64,000 bases of DNA from a virus (taxonomy: Duplodnaviria > Caudoviricetes): positions 128,001 through 192,000 of IMG/VR virus record IMGVR_UViG_3300024255_001563; one strand, given 5' to 3'. The notes beneath the pieces are model-generated. The model saw only the letters and a list, made by a program, of their open reading frames with translations. It was not told the origin of the DNA and ran no database searches. Made by a program: the position numbers and the translations under genes. Positions 58,308 through 64,000 of the stretch are shown here, piece by piece; position 1 is the first letter of the stretch; the number at the start of each line of letters is the position of its first letter.

Positions 58308-58990
58308 TAGCAACTAAACTCCTGTTGTAGTTTAATGTTATCAAAGAACTCTTTCTTTGTACCTGCGTCATCTTTAAATGCACCACGTAGTACTGTAGTT
58401 TGTGTTAAACTACTGTGTGCCATAATGCCACGATTCTCACAACAACCATGTGTTGCTTGAATATAAACACCTAAATGTTCTGCATCAGTTGCCGCCTGAA
58501 TCTCTCTAGCAATATCATTTGCAAGTTCTTCTTGTAGTGTTCCACGTCTAGCACACCATTGTGCAATACGTGTGTACTTGCTTAGACCAATTAATTTGTC
58601 TGCGGCAATAATACCAATGTATGCAATACCTGCTACTGGCTGGTGATGATGCGAACACATACTCTTTAGTTCCGAACGCACTACTAACATACCTTCATAA
58701 CGATCATCGCTGTCGTTTGGAAATGCTGTTGCAGTTGGAGCAGGGTCATAACGTCCTGCCATAATTTCATTGTAGTACATTTTAGCAAGACGTTTTGCTG
58801 TACCTTTAGAGTTAGGATCTTGATATCTATCAATTACAAGTGCATCTAGTACACTTTCAAATGCTGTAGTTGCTTCGTCGATAAGTGCTTCTTTGTCACC
58901 TTCTTGCAATACTGCACTAATATTGTCGCCAGCCCAGTAACGACTCTTTGCCTGTACTAGGCGGGCTTTAATTTCTTCACTTTTACTCAT
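58307..58990 (-). CDS. folE: GTP cyclohydrolase I
   Basis: 'TAKRLAKMY', 'SMCSHHHQPV', 'IGLSKYTRI', 'LQEEL', 'HGCCENRG', 'KKEFF'. Confidence 0.95.
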   Translation of the reverse strand: MSKSEEIKARLVQAKSRYWAGDNISAVLQEGDKEALIDEATTAFESVLDALVIDRYQDPNSKGTAKRLAKMYYNEIMAGRYDPAPTATAFPNDSDDRYEGMLVVRSELKSMCSHHHQPVAGIAYIGIIAADKLIGLSKYTRIAQWCARRGTLQEELANDIAREIQAATDAEHLGVYIQATHGCCENRGIMAHSSLTQTTVLRGAFKDDAGTKKEFFDNIKLQQEFSC

Positions 58991-59052
58991 GTGTTTCTCC
59001 GATGTTTAGGCAGTGGATTGCCGGTAGTAATACAATGCACAATATAACTTAT

Positions 59053-59081
59053 ATTATACATTGTATTTAGGTTTTTGTCAA
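59053..59081 (-). promoter_or_regulatory. Composite promoter: sigma70 consensus with a late-type motif in the spacer
   Basis: TTGACA-aaaaCCTAAATAcaatg-TATAAT (17-nt spacer containing CTAAATA), upstream of folE. Confidence 0.8.
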
Positions 59082-59287
59082 GCACTAAAATATTTTGTTA
59101 ACATTTCCATGCGATCGTTAGCAGCAGCCATTTTATCAAGTTCTTCTTGAATAGCTTCTACAATGTCACTGTGTTCACCAATACCTGTGGCATTGTTCAT
59201 GTATACCATGATGTTAGTCTTTGCTCTTTCGAGCTCTCCTTCGGCATGCATACGTGCGGCTTTTACTAATTGTTCTTTCAAAATCAT
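59078..59287 (-). CDS. Hypothetical protein (69 aa)
   Basis: RBS AAGGAAAGGA; intact. Confidence 0.7.
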   Translation of the reverse strand: MILKEQLVKAARMHAEGELERAKTNIMVYMNNATGIGEHSDIVEAIQEELDKMAAANDRMEMLTKYFSA

Positions 59288-59306
59288 TTCCTTTCCTTTA
59301 TATGAT

Positions 59307-59858
59307 TTAATATTCAGCTACGTTTTCCCAAGGGTAAACTAGCCAAACATCTTCTTCTGTTTTGTTAATTTCGTGACAAGTGTAACGTACATTGTCAAAC
59401 TCACTTGCATCGTTGTTTGTTAGAGTAGCAAATCGAACATTGTTAGCCCAAACACTTGCCCAAGCATTGTCTTCTTGTGGTAAGCAACTTGATTCCCAAT
59501 CTTGTTTAATCCAGTTAAACGTAGCACCAGTATCGTTAATATCATCTACAACAAGAATGTTTTTACGTTTTTTATTATCCCAACGACAGGTTTCTTGTTC
59601 TTCTAGTGGAACATATCCAAACGCATCTTCTGACATCCACAAGTTACTTTCAGGACCCATTTCGTCATCACGTAAACTTACTTTAAGTGCTTCGCAACGA
59701 ATGCCAGTCATATTACTAATAATAGTAGCAGGTACATTGCCACCGCGTGTAAGACCTACAATGTAATCAGGACGCCAGTTGTCAGTGTACATTTGATTAA
59801 CAATGCTTACGCACATGCGTTCAACATCAGTCCAGCTGTAATAATGTTTCTTAATCAT
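59307..59858 (-). CDS. Type I phosphoribosyltransferase (purine PRT-like)
   Basis: 'IVGLTRGG' and PRPP loop 'ILVVDDINDTGAT'; C-terminal 'WLVYPWE' as in xanthine-guanine PRT. Confidence 0.9.
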   Translation of the reverse strand: MIKKHYYSWTDVERMCVSIVNQMYTDNWRPDYIVGLTRGGNVPATIISNMTGIRCEALKVSLRDDEMGPESNLWMSEDAFGYVPLEEQETCRWDNKKRKNILVVDDINDTGATFNWIKQDWESSCLPQEDNAWASVWANNVRFATLTNNDASEFDNVRYTCHEINKTEEDVWLVYPWENVAEY

Positions 59859-60043
59859 TTGCCTTCCTTTGAAGATTTTTCTGCTTTAGATAGTTTGTTG
59901 TTCCAGGTGTTGTTACTAATGCCTAGTTCGCTTGGCATAGGCTTTGTTTTGCCTTTAGTAATTTCACCGCCCTTAGCAAGGAACTCTGCCTTCATGCGTT
60001 CTAGTTCTTCGTCTTTGGGTTTTGCATCGTGGTTCATGCTCAT
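59855..60043 (-). CDS. Hypothetical protein (62 aa)
   Basis: Coupled ORF with RBS. Confidence 0.6.
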   Translation of the reverse strand: MSMNHDAKPKDEELERMKAEFLAKGGEITKGKTKPMPSELGISNNTWNNKLSKAEKSSKEGK

Positions 60044-60061
60044 AGGTAGATTCCTTTATTG

Positions 60062-60424
60062 TTAGAATGGGAAGTCGTTATCAAGCTCCCCTGCTTTTCG
60101 TTTGCCTTCATAATCTTGTTTAACCATATCGTATACGCTTTTAAAGTTGCGCCATACTTTAGACAGCGCTGGATATTCTTTGCACATATTGTCAACTTCT
60201 TCTGGGTCAATCATATTATCTAAAACATTAGTATAAGGATATGTGCTGTTGTTATCTATAGTAATAGTTGAAGACGAAGTGTCTGTGCCACTAATAGTAA
60301 TATCACTAAGACTAAGTCCACCATCGGTAATGCTATACGTACCTGTATTACTGCTAATACTATCTAAGTTAATAGTAATATCATCGTCGAGACTAATAGT
60401 AAATGTTTCGTTTTCATTCGCCAT
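60062..60424 (-). CDS. Hypothetical protein (~120 aa), Ser/Thr/Asp-rich N-terminus
   Basis: ATG 60424 with RBS GAGG. Confidence 0.6.
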   Translation of the reverse strand: MANENETFTISLDDDITINLDSISSNTGTYSITDGGLSLSDITISGTDTSSSTITIDNNSTYPYTNVLDNMIDPEEVDNMCKEYPALSKVWRNFKSVYDMVKQDYEGKRKAGELDNDFPF

Positions 60425-61475
60425 CTGCAATCGCCTCATATAATGCTGCACCACTAAAGAATTCTTTGTTAAGTTTTGTACGTTGCTTTTCTAAACTTAC
60501 TTGTAAGTCATCAAAGTTTTCCATGTAGTTTACAATTTGTGCAACTACTTTATCTCTGTTGTGTAAATATGCATCAAAGTTCTCAGTCCATTCACTTGGA
60601 TATTTAAACTCAGGCAGTGCCATTTCACCGTAGCTGAGTCTGTCTGGCACCATAGGAATAGCATCTACTAGAGCACCTTCATACCAACTAATACCTAGTG
60701 TTTCTTGTAGGTTAGCACTAAACACAAGTTTAGCTTCACCTAGTAAGTTATGGTATTCGTTCTTGCTTAATTCCTGTTCTTGGCACACAACAAATTCATA
60801 TTGTGGTAAACGTTCTTTAAGATCTCTAAAGATATCAACTTGTTTCTCAGGAGCAACACGATGTGGAAACAAGATCAAATCTCGCTTTTCCATACCCTTG
60901 TAGCTAGTTAAACTGTCCTTTAGATATTCCATAGGCCAGCCCACACGTTTAATTTTGTCCCAATCAATTACGTAGTCTTCGTCGAATACATCAGTAAACA
61001 TATCAATATGGAAGTCACTTGCAAAGAAGTTATCATCATAACATTCAAACATTGCCATTTCAGCATGTCTTACCCAAGGCTTATCACCTATAAGTCTTCC
61101 TAAAAAATCTTGCGGATCATAACTACCTGCATGCCACAAACCACCAATGCTAATGTCAACACCCAGTAATTCTGCCATATAGCGTAGTTGAATAACTGTA
61201 GGGTTCCAGGCATCGGTATAGAGAAAATAGTCACCGTCTTTAACAGTTCCATTGCAGAACATTTCTCCTATCTGTTCGAGTTGTTTTGATTTGTACACAT
61301 TTGTACCACCAAAGTTAAGGAAAGCCCCAGGCGTTGTAGCCTGAGGCGTTTCCCCACCGCTAATAACTACAACATCTTCATTTGTAGCTCGTCGCAGTTG
61401 CTTTGGAAGATATTCCTTCCATTGCTTAGTATAGCGTGTATCTACTGCTTCAATGTCTACAATATGAATAGTCAT
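60414..61475 (-). CDS. GT-B (GT4-like) glycosyltransferase (353 aa)
   Basis: 'LILFPHRVAPEKQ' and 'QETLGISWYEG' (Ex7E), 'PMVPDRLSYGEM'. Confidence 0.8.
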   Translation of the reverse strand: MTIHIVDIEAVDTRYTKQWKEYLPKQLRRATNEDVVVISGGETPQATTPGAFLNFGGTNVYKSKQLEQIGEMFCNGTVKDGDYFLYTDAWNPTVIQLRYMAELLGVDISIGGLWHAGSYDPQDFLGRLIGDKPWVRHAEMAMFECYDDNFFASDFHIDMFTDVFDEDYVIDWDKIKRVGWPMEYLKDSLTSYKGMEKRDLILFPHRVAPEKQVDIFRDLKERLPQYEFVVCQEQELSKNEYHNLLGEAKLVFSANLQETLGISWYEGALVDAIPMVPDRLSYGEMALPEFKYPSEWTENFDAYLHNRDKVVAQIVNYMENFDDLQVSLEKQRTKLNKEFFSGAALYEAIADGE

Positions 61476-61480
61476 AATTA

Positions 61481-61705
61481 TTATCCTTTGTTGTACTGCT
61501 TGCGAGGACGTTGTACAAAGTCTCGCCCGCCGTTACGGGCCTTTGCTCGTAGCCAACCTTGATACTTTTGATAGGCAATCCAAATCGGTGCATCCTTTTT
61601 ATACAAGTCTGCCTCGTTAAATACTTTACCTTCAAAGCGACAATAGTCACGGTATTGATCAAGATCGTTAAACACTTTATTCACTGCTGGATTAGCAATT
61701 GTCAT
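61481..61705 (-). CDS. Hypothetical protein (74 aa)
   Basis: RBS GAGGA; intact. Confidence 0.7.
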   Translation of the reverse strand: MTIANPAVNKVFNDLDQYRDYCRFEGKVFNEADLYKKDAPIWIAYQKYQGWLRAKARNGGRDFVQRPRKQYNKG

Positions 61706-61720
61706 AATATATTCCTCTTG

Positions 61721-62191
61721 TTATGACTTGGGATAAAAAATAGAACAGCCATTTTCATTGTCTTCAGCTACGCTGATCTCTACAAAGCGGCCAGGGTACT
61801 TTGTAGCGATTTCTTCATACAAGTCATCTGCGATCATTTCGCAGCTCTTGTGATCCAGCTGTAGTACAGATGTAGAGCTATCTACTTCAGCGTACAACCG
61901 TTCCATCCAGCGTTTAAACTGAATGAATTCAATATCGCGATCGTTGTGAAACACTTCGATGCGAACTTTAAAGTGGAAGATATGACGATGCGGAATGCCT
62001 AAGAATGATACATCATCCCAATCGCCGGTTGCTAGTTTAGGATCAGTATCTGCGCCTGGGTACATATGTACCCCCTCTTTATTAAAGGTTACCCAAATAC
62101 TGCGTTCTGCTTTGTTTAGCATGTTTGCTTGTGACATTTTGTCTTCTTCTCTCATTCTACGTAACATGTACTCATAATAGCGTTCTTGCAT
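61721..62191 (-). CDS. dpdL: QueD-paralogue T-fold protein (DpdL-like)
   Basis: 'EGVHMYP...FLGIPHRHIFHF...SCEMIADDL...VAEDNENG'. It has LxxxHRHxF in place of the QueD CxxxHGH motif and sits in the deazaguanine cluster. The symbol rests on a recalled signature. Confidence 0.6.
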   Translation of the reverse strand: MQERYYEYMLRRMREEDKMSQANMLNKAERSIWVTFNKEGVHMYPGADTDPKLATGDWDDVSFLGIPHRHIFHFKVRIEVFHNDRDIEFIQFKRWMERLYAEVDSSTSVLQLDHKSCEMIADDLYEEIATKYPGRFVEISVAEDNENGCSIFYPKS

Positions 62192-62198
62192 TGTATTA

Positions 62199-62227
62199 AG
62201 TATACTTTCACTTTAGAACTTTGTCAA
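62199..62227 (-). promoter_or_regulatory. Sigma70-type promoter
   Basis: TTGACA, 17 nt, TATACT, directly before the QueD-like gene. Confidence 0.75.
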
Positions 62228-62729
62228 GGCCATATTTGCTCCAGTCCGTAAATTTATTACGGTCCATCAAGTCATGCAGGCTATGGCACCAAACGCCTGG
62301 ATTACTTGCTTTAAAATCTTTGTCGTCGATTTTAATCATTGTATTATAATTCCATTGTGCAACATACGGAACTACAACACGAAGTTGCGGAATAAAGTTA
62401 TCACTTTCAACAAGTCCACCGTCTAAAAACCATTCAAGGTTAATAGTGCTTGGAATGTCTAAACTACAAAGGATACCTTGATCCGTAAACGCACGAATCA
62501 TTAGATCCCAATCTTCAAACTCATCTGCTGACACAGGATGATAACTGTGATTAGCACCAAAGAAGATATGTTCGCATTGTTGATATGTGTAATGCATCAT
62601 AATTTCATTATAGTCTTGAACACCAGTAACAAACAGTGTCTTCATTCCAAACGCAGGAGTCTTTTCAACTTCTACGCCTGTAAAGAATATTGGAGTATCG
62701 CTTACGCCACTTTCATAATTACGTTTCAT
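62208..62729 (-). CDS. Hypothetical protein in the deazaguanine cluster (173 aa)
   Basis: Intact, TAATG-coupled; 'FFTGVEVEKTPAFG...EHIFFGANHS...GVWCHSL'. Confidence 0.7.
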   Translation of the reverse strand: MKRNYESGVSDTPIFFTGVEVEKTPAFGMKTLFVTGVQDYNEIMMHYTYQQCEHIFFGANHSYHPVSADEFEDWDLMIRAFTDQGILCSLDIPSTINLEWFLDGGLVESDNFIPQLRVVVPYVAQWNYNTMIKIDDKDFKASNPGVWCHSLHDLMDRNKFTDWSKYGLDKVLK

Positions 62730-63268
62730 TAAAATGCTCCAAAGAGATCGTTTAACTGCTTGCGTGAACTAGACATGCCAAATAAGTTTTCTGCCTTATT
62801 AAATTTTACACGCAACTTCCAACTGTTACTTTTAACTTTTTCTAATATTAAATGTTCAGACTTAGGAGCATTTGTGCCATTCGACAATTGATCTGAAAGT
62901 TCGGCTAGTTCTTCTTCAATAACATCTTGAATTGGTCCAAAGTCAATCTTTCTTACTTCTTTAAGAACGCCGCCTTCGTGAATATGAAGATTCCATTTTT
63001 TAAACTTGTCTAAAAATATGCTACCATCAGTAGCATATATGTTATCAAATGTACTCGAAGCAACACTAATGTGTCCTTTCTTAGTTTTGTCCCAACTTTT
63101 AATTTCAAGATCTAGATCAGGAATATCATTTCCAGGACCGTAGTTAGTTTCTATACCCCGTTCATCATAGGCTCTTTGTATAGCCACTCCGTAACCACCG
63201 TCACCAAACCCGCTCGCCGGTGACACATAACCAGATTCTATTATAGGAATTACTCGATTTACTTGCAT
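62729..63268 (-). CDS. Putative PD-(D/E)XK restriction-endonuclease-like protein (179 aa)
   Basis: 'GNDIPDLDLEIKS' gives PD...ExK, preceded by a helix 'GVAIQRAY'. Confidence 0.45.
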   Translation of the reverse strand: MQVNRVIPIIESGYVSPASGFGDGGYGVAIQRAYDERGIETNYGPGNDIPDLDLEIKSWDKTKKGHISVASSTFDNIYATDGSIFLDKFKKWNLHIHEGGVLKEVRKIDFGPIQDVIEEELAELSDQLSNGTNAPKSEHLILEKVKSNSWKLRVKFNKAENLFGMSSSRKQLNDLFGAF

Positions 63269-63483
63269 TATTCTAAACCTTTTTGTACCAAATATGCATT
63301 GATACGATGCATTTCATCTTTTAGATAAAGTTTCATAGTTTTCATTCTACGAACTTCGTCTGTTATTGTCATATTATTATACTTGGTTTCGAGCTCTGTG
63401 TCAAGCTCTCTATGTTTCCGTTGTAGTTCGTTGTAGTGTGCAAGAAGTTTATCTCTTTCATCTTCATAGTTGCTCATCTTCAA
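63268..63483 (-). CDS. Small coiled-coil protein, DUF465/YdcH-like
   Basis: 'LQRKHRELDTEL...RMKTMKLYLKDEM' pattern. Confidence 0.6.
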   Translation of the reverse strand: MKMSNYEDERDKLLAHYNELQRKHRELDTELETKYNNMTITDEVRRMKTMKLYLKDEMHRINAYLVQKGLE

Positions 63484-64000
63484 GTTCCTCTAATTTAGTC
63501 TCGTCTAGTTCTTCAACAGGTTCAATAGGTTCTTCTACATCAAACAGTGCATCAAAGAATGTCGAACTGTTTACTGTCTTTTTACCAATTGCGCCACGTG
63601 TTCCAGGAATAGCCATCCAAAACTTTGAATATTTCTCGATTGTTTCTAATGACTCTTCTCGAGTTGTCTTTGAAAAGATTTCGTCTATGACATCTCTAAC
63701 TAGTACTCTGTCAAATCGTTCTTGTACAAGCATCTTAGGTATAACACCTGCATCATACTGTCTGTTAGCTTCTTGTACAGCATTGATGTGCGTCCATACG
63801 TTATGACCCATTTGAATAGCATAGCTAAATGAATCCCAGCTTGTTGAGTCTTTCTTGCGTACAATAGGATTACCTTCAGTATCTAATACAGGTTGATCAT
63901 GTTTGTCTAGTTCAACTTCGCCTGCACTTACTTTAGGTACGCCAATCTTGTTGCGATCGCCTTTTTTGTATGTGCAAATATCACTTACTAGCAATCCATC
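63464..64000 (-). CDS. dpdA: C-terminal part of a TGT/DpdA-like transglycosylase (5'-truncated by the window edge)
   Basis: Frame is open to the window end; 'SWDSFSYAIQMGHNVWTHINAVQEAN' resembles the TGT C-terminal helix with HN; it heads the folE/queE cluster. The catalytic region is outside the window. Confidence 0.55.
   Translation of the reverse strand, partial: DGLLVSDICTYKKGDRNKIGVPKVSAGEVELDKHDQPVLDTEGNPIVRKKDSTSWDSFSYAIQMGHNVWTHINAVQEANRQYDAGVIPKMLVQERFDRVLVRDVIDEIFSKTTREESLETIEKYSKFWMAIPGTRGAIGKKTVNSSTFFDALFDVEEPIEPVEELDETKLEELEDEQL

Noticed and set aside
1-64000. Alternative genetic code (stop-codon reassignment, seen in some large phages)
   Set aside because: Genes are full-length and tightly packed under the standard code, and TAA, TAG and TGA all serve as real stops.
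1-64000. CRISPR array, IS/transposase, intein or group I intron
   Set aside because: No spaced direct repeats, DDE transposase, intein splice motifs or interrupted core genes were recognised; the QueE insertion lacks intein termini.

Overview
A 64 kb, AT-rich, densely packed segment of a large tailed phage genome (T4-like/jumbo-myovirus type; standard genetic code). There are four blocks. (1) 1-10.8 kb, + strand: baseplate/tail module with three paralogous tail-fibre proteins and two paralogous virion proteins, preceded by T4-type late promoters (ATAAATA). (2) About 10.8-48.3 kb: a large enzyme island with 13 radical-SAM proteins, 8 cupin-type 2OG-Fe(II) oxygenase domains, a TauD-like dioxygenase, at least 4 glycosyltransferase-like proteins, a methyltransferase, an SGNH protein, a QueC-like PP-loop enzyme, a PLP enzyme, 2 GNAT-like proteins, 2 kinase-fold proteins lacking the catalytic Asp, a desaturase, a nitroreductase-like protein and an SDR-like protein. 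(3) 48.3-57 kb, - strand: an isolated tail-fibre-like gene, hypotheticals, a VWA/MoxR pair, an Smr protein, a structured non-coding segment and a T4 RNase H-like nuclease. (4) 57-64 kb, - strand: a 7-deazaguanine DNA-modification cluster (queE, folE, QueD-paralogue/dpdL-like, partial dpdA-like) interleaved with a phosphoribosyltransferase, a GT-B glycosyltransferase and a PD-(D/E)XK-like protein. No rRNA, tRNA, CRISPR array, transposase, integrase or reverse transcriptase was recognised. All family assignments come from motif recognition by eye; no database searches were run.
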